Below, in pieces: positions 44,741 to 55,470 of a DNA stretch of 64,000 bases. The stretch spans positions 4,123 to 68,122 of the IMG/VR virus record IMGVR_UViG_3300047455_000060; one strand, written 5' to 3'. The notes beneath the pieces are model-generated. The model was not told the origin of the DNA. It searched no databases and saw only the letters and a list, made by a program, of their open reading frames with translations. Position numbers and translations under genes: made by a program. Origin of the DNA: a virus. Numbering within the stretch: the stretch's first letter is position 1; each line of letters starts with the position of its first letter.

Positions 44741-47700
44741 TTAAACTTTACCTACTAATACTTCAACAATTCCCTTGCTGTCGTCTAGTTTATCTGCAAC
44801 TGCCTTGCCTATGATAGTACCAATCTTTGGATCATTGTTAACAACAGCGTATCCTTCGATTGCGCTAGTGACAAGTAAATCACCTTTCTTAACTCTACCG
44901 AGTACTTTACAAGGAACACGCCCAGTTAGTGCGACTGCAACTACATGTTCTCCTTCTAAATGAGAGTTCATTAAGTGTGCTGGATTTGTAGATACAATAC
45001 CTGCTACTCTATGATCACCTTTAGAATTAGTTATAGTAACTTCTTCACTGCCTCCTAGTACAACAACTGTCCCTGCTTCGTACTCTGCATCGGCCAAGTA
45101 GTTTTCTGCTAAGTCAGCATATCTAGCTGTAGTTGCAGTACCTGAGAATGTTGTAGCGTATACAGTACTCCAAGTTGCTGATGCACTACCAATATTTCTA
45201 GTTCCGGTTGGTATAATGTTTGTATCAACCGAACCAACTATTGATATTGTATCGGCCGCTGCATTACCTAGATCAACATTTCCGTTAACACTAAAGTTAC
45301 CGCCTACACTAACATTACTTGTAAATGTTCCGCTTGTGCCACTTATACCAGCTGATGAACTAATTGCTCCTGTTGCACCAAATGTTCCTGCAACGCTAGT
45401 GTTGCCATTTGTTGAATTAATAACTACTTTATTATCACCAAACGTAACATTACCGGATACATTTAATGTTCCTGTAATAATTGTTCCGGTATCAGTAACT
45501 CTTAATCTTTCTGAGCCTCCAGTAACTAATAGTATTCTATCAGCAGCTGAGTTTGCAAATCCGCCGCCTGCACCTATGCCAATACCAGTACTTCCTGATC
45601 CGCCTTCGCCTGGAGCTTCAATAAATGGAGCATATAACCAGTTAGTTGAAAGGAATGGATCATCTGCAAAGCTACTACCGCTTTGGAATTCACTTTGTGC
45701 TACGTTAGTTGCACCCTGATCAATTGATCCAGGTATTTCTAAAGTAGGATTAGTATTTCCGTTAGCAGTAAGGATTGTACCTCCAGTTGGTGTGCTAAAT
45801 GTAAGCGTACCACCTGATTCTGCTAATACAACGTTTGTACTAGTACCACCAACAATGAATGTGTTAGCTTGTAGTCCACCTGTGCTACTTCTTCTTGCAA
45901 TACTATTGCCTGCTGAGCCTGAACTAATTTGTGTAGTAGCATACACACCTTCTTCAAGTTGCACTAATGCTTTACCACTAAAGTTTTGGTTAGCAGGAGA
46001 AGTTGCTGTAGGTGTTCCTACGCCACCGCCGCCGCCATCTACAATAGATGCTGATGAGTTAAATGCTGCCGGTGTACTTGTACCTTGTCTAACAACATTA
46101 ATAACATATACTTTCTTTTCAGAAACAACAGCGCCTTGTACAGTACCTTCTACTATGATACCAGACCCTTGGTTTTGTACAAGAGTTTCACCATTTGCAA
46201 GTGTTTTGTTTGTACCAAACGTAAGAACTTGGCCTGCTAATGTAGTATTTTCGCTGTCAACAAAGTCTGTATCTTGTAAGCCAAATCCTTGGTCTATTAC
46301 GCTTTCAAACGTAACTGCTTCAATGTCACCTGTTAGTGTACTTGCACGACCTAGTAAATGTTCACTATCAATTTGTTCTAATTTATCGTAACCAATTGAT
46401 CTATCTTTTAGTCCAATGTAACCACTTTCGTCAATATCAGTAATTACTGCACCAAGTGCAGTCTTAGTTCCTTCCACACCATTAGTAAATGATGCTTTCT
46501 GTAGAATAGTTGCACCACTAATTACAAACGGATCAGATGTTCTAAGTACCATTTTAGTATTATTACTAATGCTGTTAACCAACGTACCAATATTTGTTCC
46601 TTGGTAAATGTAATCACCTGCAACTGCGGTAATACCTACATTAGATGTTACTTCGATCTCATGTGTTAAGTGATCTGAATCAAATGATGCTAAACCTCTA
46701 TTACCTTGACCAACAGCATCATTTGAACCAAATAATCCTGCACTTGATACACGTGGTTTTGCACGTTCTAGTAATAGCTTGCTTTGCTGAATTGATGCAG
46801 CAGTATTAATGTCAGCATTTGTAATTGAATCATTTTGAATCTGGAATTCAATTTCTGCAATTGGATCAACTAATGCTCCGTCAAATACTTCTTTTGTTCT
46901 TGTAATACTAAAGTTAATTACACTGTTTGCTGCTTCTCTTGCATGACCAACTTCTTCAAATGGTCCTCTCAAAATACTTGCATTAACAGTTGACTTACTT
47001 GCTGTACCTTTAATATTATTATCTGTTAGTAAGAAGTTTCCGCTTGCTCCTTGAAGTTCGTAGAATATAATCCAGATGTTATTGCCAGGTTCATTTTCAC
47101 CAACAATTGCATCTGTTGTTTGTATAATATCTACAATCTTTGCAGACTTAGTACCACTTGGATCTGTAATTAAATCATCAATTTCAAATGTCTGTGAGCC
47201 TGCGGTGTCTGAAGGAACTTCTGTTAATAGTTTCTTAATACCAGTATAAATTGCAAAATCGCCTGCTTCTGGTCTATTAACTGAAGTGTTACGTAATGCT
47301 TCGTAGCTATCAAATTCAAGTACTCTTGCATCAACATAGCTCTTAGTAGAAGCATCACTGCCGCTTACTGGAGTTGCAACGTTTTGTACTTTGTTATTGC
47401 CCATGCGCAGATCATTTTTCATTTCTGCACTACCTGTTAATGGTAGATATCCTGGAGCAATTGCACCTGAAACAGCATTGTCGTTTTTGTCTCTGCCCAA
47501 TCTCTTATTAACATAGTTAACAACAGCAAATTCTGTAGGTACTGCATTCTCTGATGCATCTGCCATGTTGTCATCAATGGAGAACTCATCAATCTCAACA
47601 CCCTTCTTAAATCCTAAGCCGTTAGCATTAGTAATTGTAAGTTCGCCTGAGAAGCTGATTGATCCCTGTGCTTGGTCAACGTTAAAATACTTACCTACAC

Positions 47701-50700
47701 GGAAGAAACCGTATTGGTCAGTTGACATCCAGAACACTCGTCCCTTACGTCTTTCCCAAACTTGAGCACTTTCAGCACCTGGGCTATCAGAGTAGAATGA
47801 AGCTAATGGGTTAACCGGTGGGCCTAACAGTACGTTTGGATAGTTACTGTCGTTAAATCCGCCTGAACCAATTTGTGTAAAGTCATGCGATGTAGCGCGA
47901 CATAGTGAAATTGCTACAGTAATCTCAGCAGTACTTAATGCAGGTAAGCCTGCATTAAATTCTATTCCAGATGTAATTGCTTGAGCAATACCTGTTCCGC
48001 CTGCTGTAATATCTGACACAGGAGTTGGATCAATCGACATTATTGCAGAACCTAGGTCTGTAACAGTGCCAGTTGTTCCTGGATTAGCAGCAGCTATTGG
48101 ACGTATTTGATCTCCTACTGAATAAGTAGCTGGAGTTCCTGAATTACCAACAACAGCATCCCAGTCTGTATTACCTACAGTTTCAATTTGATAAAGTCTG
48201 CCATCAGTAACAATATCTTCTGGATCAATAAGAGTAGTATCTAGTACAACATCAACAATTTGGTGTGTACGTCCTGCCCAGGAAAATATCATACCTCCTG
48301 AGTACCCAGCATCACCTGGTTGTCTTCCGGCAATGTCGCGTTTTAATCTAGTAAGCTGCGTATCTAGCAATGCTGTTGATTCGCCAACAGTTAATCTGAT
48401 TGCAATGTCAGTATCACCGATTGCACTACCTTTACCACCACTGATATTACTAAAATCTGTTGGTATAGTAATAGAGTCATAACCTTCATCGAAAGTAACA
48501 ATAATACTATCACCATCTAGTGGATTACCAAAGTTATCTGACGCAGCAAATGATATTGAACGATATGTTACATCATCGCTTTCGTCAAAGTTAATAGCAG
48601 TACTTGGTCTAGTTTTAATATTCTGTTGATCGCGTAATCCGTCTAACTGGTGTGTTACACTATATCTGTATTCAATTAATGTGCCGTCTGCAACAGTATC
48701 TTGTAATTTATTATAGTATTGTCCATTTTCACCTTCAGCAGCGCCTTGTATCTGTAAACGATACACAGCGTTATCGTATACACCATCAGTTGGAGTTTGA
48801 CTAGTAACTTCACTAACTGCACTAACTCTGTATGACTTTGATCCTATAGAACCACCGTGGTGTATAACAAACTCTGCTCCTGGTAAAGGAATAGTTTTGA
48901 AATCGTAAACAAACAAACTACTAGTGTCTGCAATATTAGTATTTTCACCATCTTGTAAGAATGTTATAGTTTTAACAGGTATTGTCATATCAAATTCATA
49001 TGTCACCTGATCTGGAATTTCGTTAGGGTCAGCACCTTCAGCAACTAAACCAAATTTACCATAACCGTTTGAACCAGTCGTTGATCTAATTTCTGAACCG
49101 TTCTTGGCGTAGTATGCTGCTTGACAGTAGTATGTGAACATAGATACCATCTCAGAGAACGCACCATTGTTAGTTACAAGAGCATAACCTAAGTCGTTAA
49201 TTTGTGTAAAGTCGTTTCCTAGGATTGAACGGTTACCTGCTGTTTGTAAGTATACAGTTCTTTGTATCTGGCCTGGATTCTCTTCAAACAGTGCCGGATC
49301 ATAACCATTGCCACTATTTGAACTTGAATCAAGATAAAGTTTACACCAGCCATTGCCACTGTCATAATCTGAAATAGCATTAACTTGGAAACGTCTACCT
49401 TCTATGTAAAACGGACATGGTAGTTCTGGAGGTCTATTAAATAAGCCTTGGCCTTCTTCTGAGCGTACCCAAATTACAAAGTTGCTTTCTCTACCCGACA
49501 CTGGACTTCCGTCACCTTCGGGATCAATTGTTTCTGGCACATAACATGGTAAGTTACCAACATATGCATCAACAAACATACCACCAGCAAAGTGTTTCTT
49601 ATTGATACTCTTACTGAAACTTGAACCAACCTGGATGTATGGTGACTTAGTTAGAATTTGACCTTCTGGATCAAGCACTGCCATGAACCCACCGTGACCT
49701 TGAACAGTCATGTTTTGAATTCTAGTAGCATCATTCATTAAGAATACGTCTAGTTCGTCATTACGCTTAGGTGGATTGTATCTACGATCAAATGCAAATA
49801 CGATCTTATTAATTAAGTTAGTAACAATTGTACCAGTTTGAGCTTCACCAACTCCGTATCTAAAGTCTGGTTCTATATAACTTGAATCGCCGGTATTTTG
49901 TTCTAAGTCTGCAGGATTATATGCACCCAAGAACAATCTATTTGCGATAGTGCCTATATATTTGATTGCATTTTTAGTTGCATTTTCTTGTCCACCAAAA
50001 CCACCTAAACTTAGTTTTGAAATATAACTATCATAGTACTCGCCTTGTGCTTCAGTACTGAATTCGTCTCCGCCGTTTAGTAAGTCTCTGATTAATGCAT
50101 CAACAATAAGCCCAACGTCTCTGCGACATTTTTCTCTTCTGTAGTCTAGGGTTGCATTAGTGTCCATAACGCTAATTGCGCTTGTTTGGATATTTGTAAT
50201 TGCACCGTCAATTTCATTTTTTGCATCAGTTAATGCAGATGCCTCTGATATTATATTTGGTAATACAGAAGCTGATAAACTAAGTAGGTTATTATTTTCA
50301 AGTTGTGTTTTTACAATATCAATATAAGTTGTAAGATTTGCTACTTCAGTTGCAGTTGCGTTTGCTCCAGAAGTATCTACTGTTTCGCTGTTACCAGTAG
50401 TAGGAGTAACAGTAACACCTGTAATGATATCTCCCATTACACTAGTTAATCTATCAATTGCATCAATAGTTTCTAATCTAGTTGTAATTTCTAAACGAAG
50501 TACTCCATCTACAAAAAGATTTTTTGCAAACTCTCTTGATCCAAAGTTACCTCCGTAAAGTACATCATATGATAATGCATCAACTAATTCACCAAAGTCT
50601 CTTAATCTAATTGCATCATTAAAGTATTTTCTAGGAGCAATTGATTTTAAATATGCTAACCCTTCTGCTGCAATAAAATCTTTATTGTTTTGTAATCTTA

Positions 50701-53700
50701 CAATAGCATCTGCCGCAGCAGCACTTAATGGTGCAGCAGGATTTGGTAGTGTTAGTGCATTGACTGAAGTATCAGTATCTAATACACCGTTTTCGATAAT
50801 ATCAATAATTTCATTTATAGCATTTGTAATTCTAGTAGTAGCTGTAGCAGAACTTACTAATGCAGGCAATCCTGTCATAATTCTTTTTGCTTCATTAAGA
50901 CCAAAAACCCATAAAGTTTTTAGTCCGCTATCTAGATAAATGCTGCTAGAACGCTGAAATCTTTGACCAAAGTATCTTGCATTAAAGTTAGTACCAAATA
51001 CCATATCATATGTGATACCAGTTACAAGATCAAACAAATCATCTCTAAATTGAACTTTGTCGTATAAGATATCTGCTTTGTTGTTGTCAATGTAGCTAAT
51101 TACTTCTTCTGTAATAAACTTTTTATTTTCTTTTAGAATAGCTGCACTAGCATAATATTCACCAATGTTAGTTACACTGATACCAGTATTTTGTTCCTTT
51201 TCAGGATCTGTCAAATAATGATATCCAAAGTAACCTTGCCATTCACCGGTCTGGTTATAGAAACGCGAACCTGAGGTTGCAGTTTCAATTCCATCAAATT
51301 CTAGATCTCGATAGATATATGTTTTAGCCCATTTTGATTGAGACACTCTACGCTTTGGACGTACAATTACTCGTCTAAATTCGTCACCTCTAACAGTTAC
51401 GTTTGGTGCAATTTTAATAGGATAGTCTTCTTCGTATTGGCCTGTTTCGACCATAATACCAATTTGCTTCTGGTAAACAAAATTACCAAACTCAAGGCCT
51501 TCGCCTTCAATAAAGTCAATTGGTTTTAATAAGTGTAATTTGACTAAATCGTAATTTCCGCCACTGCCATCATCTTCAGTTATTAATTCTACAATTCGTC
51601 CTATTGCACCTGAAATTTTACCTACTATTACTTTACCTGGTATAATATCTAGATACTGATCTAGTCTTGTCAGTGAACCGTTATTGATGCTAAGATCATA
51701 TGTACGACCTTGTACAGTTCTTGCACCTGCGTCAATACCATCTTCAATAATTTCTAAGATTAAGTTAAATCTGTTTCTAACCTCAGTACGCTCAAATGCG
51801 TTTGTAGGAAGTGCTAGTGCATCTATATATTGCTTATCATCAGTTTGATATACTACACCAACAGTACCGCTACTGCTGTATTGTGCAAATGCAAGACTGT
51901 TAACTGGTATTAATAGATCTTCATCTGTAAATATTTCAAACTGTGTAGCTGATACAGGTTTTACATAATAGAACGTATCATTAACTTCTGTCATGCCAAC
52001 GATGCCAGTCATTTTAACAATATTTCTTTCTTCTAACCCATGTGCTACTGAAGTTGTAACTCTACAAATTAGACTCTGACTAATACCACTAATTGCAACT
52101 TGTTGATAAGGTCTATTTAAAAGGACATAGTCAACTACGTAATCTCGTAGTGTTTCAATTGCATCTTTAGTTTCTGTTAATTGTCGAGTAATTGCAACTC
52201 TAGCACTTGCATTTGCATAGTATCTTTCACCTGCAATTCGTGTTAAACTGTTTGCTGTTGCAAGTACTGCACTTTGGCTTTTATTAATATCAAAAGCAAT
52301 AGCATCTAGCATTAATCCAACATCGCGTTCGCATGTTTCGATATTATAATCAAACGTTGGATATTTAAATAACAAATATGCACTTACTTCTTTAATTAAG
52401 AAGTCTCTGTTTCTAGTAATAAGAGTGCGTACTTCGTTAAACAATGCTCCGTTGATTCCAGCATCAGTAACTTCGGCAAATGTGTTACCTCCGTCACGAG
52501 TAATAGTTTGCATGTACGGACCTGGCTCAATCTCTGAAGCCTTCATCATTTCTTCTGCACGTCTTGCCGCAGCATTGATTGAACGATATGCATAGCTAGG
52601 TGAAGTACCTTCTTTACCTTGCGGTACTCCACGCATTGTGTCGTCACCTGATGTAGATACATAAAGGTTAGTCGGTGAACTATATGATGTATTATCTACA
52701 TAAAATTTTGTTGCAGCTTGTAGGTCTTCAGGACTATCAGTAAGTCCTGCAAGTTCTCCTGGACTATCACTTAGGATAAGCGGTCCAGTCATTGTATCGC
52801 CCTGGCGTCTTACAATACTCTTTCTTGGTATTGCTTGATCTGCTAGCCATAGTCCTTCAAGAGTAGTATCATAAGCTGCATCTGTAAATGTATGGATATC
52901 GTCTATATCGATAGTATGTGTGACGTATGCTTTATCTGTATTTTCTAAAGCACCTTGTTTAGTTCTATGTACACTAAGTTCATCTTTGTTCACGTAGCGT
53001 AGGTAATATGTAGTACCAGTTACAATGCTAGAAGGGTCAGTATCTTCTGCATTGAATATAAATGGTGTACCATCAATGCTTTTAGCATAACCGTGATCTG
53101 CTTGTACAATGTTACCATCACTGTAAGATTGTACAGTAATAATATAATCTGTATCTTCTACTGTTGCAGGTTCGTCTCCAACACGTAATGGTCTATCTCC
53201 AGCAACATATCTAGCATCAGCATAGCCTTTAGTAATAACAAGATCGTCAACTGTAATATCTGCACGTTCTGGTGAAAAATTATGTTTTGAATTCCATTCT
53301 GTTACAGCAGCTTCATTAATACCAACACCAGCAATACCGTAGCCTTGAGCATTTAAGCCACCGCCAAGTGCTGGCTTGTCATCGCCTGCAACACTTCTAA
53401 ACGTAGTTTTAAGTATAAGGTTTTCACCGTCTCTTACAATAGTAATACTATCGTTAAGGCCGCCATCGGCTGTGTCACTAACAAGATTAAATAACCCTAC
53501 AACAGGACCATCTTCAGTTGGCACTGTGTATAGTACTTTATCTCCTACTAGCGTACTAGGAGTGTCTCCTAGTGTTGTAAAGCTAATGCTGCCGCCTACG
53601 CCAAATGCTGCATAAAGTTCTTGAAAGTTTTCATTTACTTTACGAAACGATTCGCGAATACTATCGCCGGTACCGTCATTACCTTCTACACCAATATCAA

Positions 53701-53716
53701 TATCTAGTTTTGCCAT
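44741..53716 (-). CDS. giant (2991 aa) baseplate/tail-appendage protein
   Basis: N-terminal NDGTGDSIRESF, DAATKxYVD-like knots, a beta-helix-like middle, four helical (C)xRD repeats and a C-terminal ARYADLAENY autocleavage/chaperone-like domain. Confidence 0.8.
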   Translation of the reverse strand: MAKLDIDIGVEGNDGTGDSIRESFRKVNENFQELYAAFGVGGSISFTTLGDTPSTLVGDKVLYTVPTEDGPVVGLFNLVSDTADGGLNDSITIVRDGENLILKTTFRSVAGDDKPALGGGLNAQGYGIAGVGINEAAVTEWNSKHNFSPERADITVDDLVITKGYADARYVAGDRPLRVGDEPATVEDTDYIITVQSYSDGNIVQADHGYAKSIDGTPFIFNAEDTDPSSIVTGTTYYLRYVNKDELSVHRTKQGALENTDKAYVTHTIDIDDIHTFTDAAYDTTLEGLWLADQAIPRKSIVRRQGDTMTGPLILSDSPGELAGLTDSPEDLQAATKFYVDNTSYSSPTNLYVSTSGDDTMRGVPQGKEGTSPSYAYRSINAAARRAEEMMKASEIEPGPYMQTITRDGGNTFAEVTDAGINGALFNEVRTLITRNRDFLIKEVSAYLLFKYPTFDYNIETCERDVGLMLDAIAFDINKSQSAVLATANSLTRIAGERYYANASARVAITRQLTETKDAIETLRDYVVDYVLLNRPYQQVAISGISQSLICRVTTSVAHGLEERNIVKMTGIVGMTEVNDTFYYVKPVSATQFEIFTDEDLLIPVNSLAFAQYSSSGTVGVVYQTDDKQYIDALALPTNAFERTEVRNRFNLILEIIEDGIDAGARTVQGRTYDLSINNGSLTRLDQYLDIIPGKVIVGKISGAIGRIVELITEDDGSGGNYDLVKLHLLKPIDFIEGEGLEFGNFVYQKQIGIMVETGQYEEDYPIKIAPNVTVRGDEFRRVIVRPKRRVSQSKWAKTYIYRDLEFDGIETATSGSRFYNQTGEWQGYFGYHYLTDPEKEQNTGISVTNIGEYYASAAILKENKKFITEEVISYIDNNKADILYDKVQFRDDLFDLVTGITYDMVFGTNFNARYFGQRFQRSSSIYLDSGLKTLWVFGLNEAKRIMTGLPALVSSATATTRITNAINEIIDIIENGVLDTDTSVNALTLPNPAAPLSAAAADAIVRLQNNKDFIAAEGLAYLKSIAPRKYFNDAIRLRDFGELVDALSYDVLYGGNFGSREFAKNLFVDGVLRLEITTRLETIDAIDRLTSVMGDIITGVTVTPTTGNSETVDTSGANATATEVANLTTYIDIVKTQLENNNLLSLSASVLPNIISEASALTDAKNEIDGAITNIQTSAISVMDTNATLDYRREKCRRDVGLIVDALIRDLLNGGDEFSTEAQGEYYDSYISKLSLGGFGGQENATKNAIKYIGTIANRLFLGAYNPADLEQNTGDSSYIEPDFRYGVGEAQTGTIVTNLINKIVFAFDRRYNPPKRNDELDVFLMNDATRIQNMTVQGHGGFMAVLDPEGQILTKSPYIQVGSSFSKSINKKHFAGGMFVDAYVGNLPCYVPETIDPEGDGSPVSGRESNFVIWVRSEEGQGLFNRPPELPCPFYIEGRRFQVNAISDYDSGNGWCKLYLDSSSNSGNGYDPALFEENPGQIQRTVYLQTAGNRSILGNDFTQINDLGYALVTNNGAFSEMVSMFTYYCQAAYYAKNGSEIRSTTGSNGYGKFGLVAEGADPNEIPDQVTYEFDMTIPVKTITFLQDGENTNIADTSSLFVYDFKTIPLPGAEFVIHHGGSIGSKSYRVSAVSEVTSQTPTDGVYDNAVYRLQIQGAAEGENGQYYNKLQDTVADGTLIEYRYSVTHQLDGLRDQQNIKTRPSTAINFDESDDVTYRSISFAASDNFGNPLDGDSIIVTFDEGYDSITIPTDFSNISGGKGSAIGDTDIAIRLTVGESTALLDTQLTRLKRDIAGRQPGDAGYSGGMIFSWAGRTHQIVDVVLDTTLIDPEDIVTDGRLYQIETVGNTDWDAVVGNSGTPATYSVGDQIRPIAAANPGTTGTVTDLGSAIMSIDPTPVSDITAGGTGIAQAITSGIEFNAGLPALSTAEITVAISLCRATSHDFTQIGSGGFNDSNYPNVLLGPPVNPLASFYSDSPGAESAQVWERRKGRVFWMSTDQYGFFRVGKYFNVDQAQGSISFSGELTITNANGLGFKKGVEIDEFSIDDNMADASENAVPTEFAVVNYVNKRLGRDKNDNAVSGAIAPGYLPLTGSAEMKNDLRMGNNKVQNVATPVSGSDASTKSYVDARVLEFDSYEALRNTSVNRPEAGDFAIYTGIKKLLTEVPSDTAGSQTFEIDDLITDPSGTKSAKIVDIIQTTDAIVGENEPGNNIWIIFYELQGASGNFLLTDNNIKGTASKSTVNASILRGPFEEVGHAREAANSVINFSITRTKEVFDGALVDPIAEIEFQIQNDSITNADINTAASIQQSKLLLERAKPRVSSAGLFGSNDAVGQGNRGLASFDSDHLTHEIEVTSNVGITAVAGDYIYQGTNIGTLVNSISNNTKMVLRTSDPFVISGATILQKASFTNGVEGTKTALGAVITDIDESGYIGLKDRSIGYDKLEQIDSEHLLGRASTLTGDIEAVTFESVIDQGFGLQDTDFVDSENTTLAGQVLTFGTNKTLANGETLVQNQGSGIIVEGTVQGAVVSEKKVYVINVVRQGTSTPAAFNSSASIVDGGGGGVGTPTATSPANQNFSGKALVQLEEGVYATTQISSGSAGNSIARRSSTGGLQANTFIVGGTSTNVVLAESGGTLTFSTPTGGTILTANGNTNPTLEIPGSIDQGATNVAQSEFQSGSSFADDPFLSTNWLYAPFIEAPGEGGSGSTGIGIGAGGGFANSAADRILLVTGGSERLRVTDTGTIITGTLNVSGNVTFGDNKVVINSTNGNTSVAGTFGATGAISSSAGISGTSGTFTSNVSVGGNFSVNGNVDLGNAAADTISIVGSVDTNIIPTGTRNIGSASATWSTVYATTFSGTATTARYADLAENYLADAEYEAGTVVVLGGSEEVTITNSKGDHRVAGIVSTNPAHLMNSHLEGEHVVAVALTGRVPCKVLGRVKKGDLLVTSAIEGYAVVNNDPKIGTIIGKAVADKLDDSKGIVEVLVGKV

Positions 53717-53730
53717 TTAAAATGCTCCGA

Positions 53731-54093
53731 TTATCCTGTAAATTGTGGAATTGCGTCCATATCAAAGTTTACACTAACGCCGCAACCGCAACTCGATTGT
53801 GCATTAGGATTTTTTATATCAAACATAGCACCCATAATATCTTTCTTGTAATCAATTACTGTTCCTACAAAAAACATTACGCTATGTGCTCCTATTACTA
53901 GGTTGCCTGACCCTGTGTCTATAACTTCGTCGTTATCTTCTATCTCTTCTTGTGAAGGTATTATTTGCCAATCATACTCGAACCCTGCACATCCGCCTCC
54001 TTTAACGTTCAAAGCAACTGCATAACAGTTATTTTGACTACAGACTGTATTAATTTGGTCTTGGGCAGCTTCAGTTAGTTCACAAATATTCAT
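53731..54093 (-). CDS. iscA: A-type Fe-S carrier (IscA/HesB/ErpA family)
   Basis: GGGCAGFEY and NPNAQSSCGCGVS. Confidence 0.9.
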   Translation of the reverse strand: MNICELTEAAQDQINTVCSQNNCYAVALNVKGGGCAGFEYDWQIIPSQEEIEDNDEVIDTGSGNLVIGAHSVMFFVGTVIDYKKDIMGAMFDIKNPNAQSSCGCGVSVNFDMDAIPQFTG

Positions 54094-54114
54094 TAATTTT
54101 ACCTTCCTTATCAG

Positions 54115-54150
54115 TATTTATCGTATTGTTTTATAATCTTAATGTAAATA
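54115..54150. promoter_or_regulatory. divergent late promoter boxes
   Basis: GATAAATA (minus, 54115-54122) and TGTAAATA (plus, 54143-54150). Confidence 0.6.
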
Positions 54151-54155
54151 TAGTT

Positions 54156-54443
54156 ATGTTCATAAGAGAATTTAAAAAGCAAACACGGCATACACGCACT
54201 AGTAAAACCGGCAAGGAACACGCTTATACACGTGAACAAACTATATGTGTGTTTCGTTGCGATAATTGCGATGCAGAATTTGACCGTGCAAGGGGTAGTA
54301 TGGATCCTAAGAGGTTATCAAATTCCTACTTTCACGTATGTAAGAACTGTGATAGTAAGACTTTTGCTCAAAAGAAAGGCGTAGAACAGAAGCAGAAATG
54401 GAATATGACTGCTAGTAGTTCTACGCCAATTGGTAAACTTTAG
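54156..54443 (+). CDS. zinc-ribbon basic protein
   Basis: CDNC...HVCKNC; start reassigned to the ATG at 54156. Confidence 0.7.
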   Translation: MFIREFKKQTRHTRTSKTGKEHAYTREQTICVFRCDNCDAEFDRARGSMDPKRLSNSYFHVCKNCDSKTFAQKKGVEQKQKWNMTASSSTPIGKL

Positions 54444-54607
54444 TCTTCTTTCTTGAATAGTGTCCAAGCACCGTATGCAATAGCACCGTATGCTACTAAA
54501 CTTGCGATTGGTTTAAAGATTAAAAACGCTACGCCAGCACCAATTAGAATAGCACCATCTAGTGTAGTACGTTCTTTTAGTCTAGCCATAATCCACTTTT
54601 GTATCAT
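54440..54607 (-). CDS. small 2-TM membrane protein (55 aa)
   Basis: Manual ORF MIQKWIMARLKERTTLDGAILIGAG... with AAGGAG SD. Confidence 0.7.
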   Translation of the reverse strand: MIQKWIMARLKERTTLDGAILIGAGVAFLIFKPIASLVAYGAIAYGAWTLFKKED

Positions 54608-54653
54608 AATATTTCTCCTTGCTGTAAATACTTATCCTTAAGGAGGTATAATT

Positions 54654-54917
54654 ATGTTAAAATGGTTAAAAGAAATTTTTAGTAGCAAAGAGAAAACTGA
54701 TCCAGTGATTGTTAAACCTGCGCCAGTTGAAGAAGCACCAAAAATAGAGAAACCTAAACCAGTTGCAAAACCTAAAAAACCTGCAACAAAAGCAGCAAAA
54801 GTTGATGTAGACAATATGTCTAAGAAAGACTTGCTTGCTCATGCTAAAAAGAATGGCATTAAAGCCAATGCTAGTATGAACAAAGATGCTTTGGTAAAAG
54901 CAATTAAGAACGGTTAA
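54654..54917 (+). CDS. Lys/Pro-rich protein with C-terminal HeH/Rho-N-like domain
   Basis: MSKKDLLAHAKKNGIK...MNKDALVKAI; AAGGAGG SD. Confidence 0.7.
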   Translation: MLKWLKEIFSSKEKTDPVIVKPAPVEEAPKIEKPKPVAKPKKPATKAAKVDVDNMSKKDLLAHAKKNGIKANASMNKDALVKAIKNG

Positions 54918-55197
54918 TATTGTTCTGTAAATGCTGAAAAGCAGTATCTAAGCGAGTCAGCTTTCGCTCTAACACAGTGATAGCGGCTCGCTGTTTTTTT
55001 GACTGCTCTTCTAATGAGCGAACATACTCAATTGTAGGGATCTTTTGAACTGAACCGTCTTCGCCTAACATTTCAAATGTATCTACGCCTTGCGCACGTA
55101 ATCCGCCTGCTACACGATTAGGGTTCTTGTCAGATGATGATTGGGTCAGGGCCGACTGCTGTTTGCTTCTGCCGTACATTTTTGCTAGATAATTCAT
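54904..55197 (-). CDS. hypothetical coiled-coil late protein
   Basis: GGAG SD; late box at 55216-55223. Confidence 0.7.
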   Translation of the reverse strand: MNYLAKMYGRSKQQSALTQSSSDKNPNRVAGGLRAQGVDTFEMLGEDGSVQKIPTIEYVRSLEEQSKKQRAAITVLERKLTRLDTAFQHLQNNINRS

Positions 55198-55218
55198 TGC
55201 GTATTCTCCATATTGTAT

Positions 55219-55470
55219 TTATCGTGGGCGTTTTAGTTCGTGTAATAAAAATTCATTACGATTACACCAGAAGTCTTCGAATATTGGCTCGCCTGGGCCT
55301 GTTAGCATAGTGCTTATTACTTCACAGCGTTTAAACCATAACTGTTTACGAGACAGGAAGCATTTCCTCGGTAGCAGTGAACGTTTCTGTGTTACTTTGA
55401 TTCTGCGATTGTTGAAAGCGTAAAAGCTCATTGATTCCTTTTGAAAGTTGATCTTTTCTGGTATTGGCAT
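55219..55470 (-). CDS. hypothetical protein overlapping the UvsE C-terminus
   Basis: 83 aa; LPRKCFLSRKQLW. Confidence 0.5.
   Translation of the reverse strand: MPIPEKINFQKESMSFYAFNNRRIKVTQKRSLLPRKCFLSRKQLWFKRCEVISTMLTGPGEPIFEDFWCNRNEFLLHELKRPR

Noticed and set aside
54453-54641. Plus-strand 62-aa ORF
   Set aside because: The minus-strand ORF 54440-54607 has an SD, a late box and a sensible TM pattern
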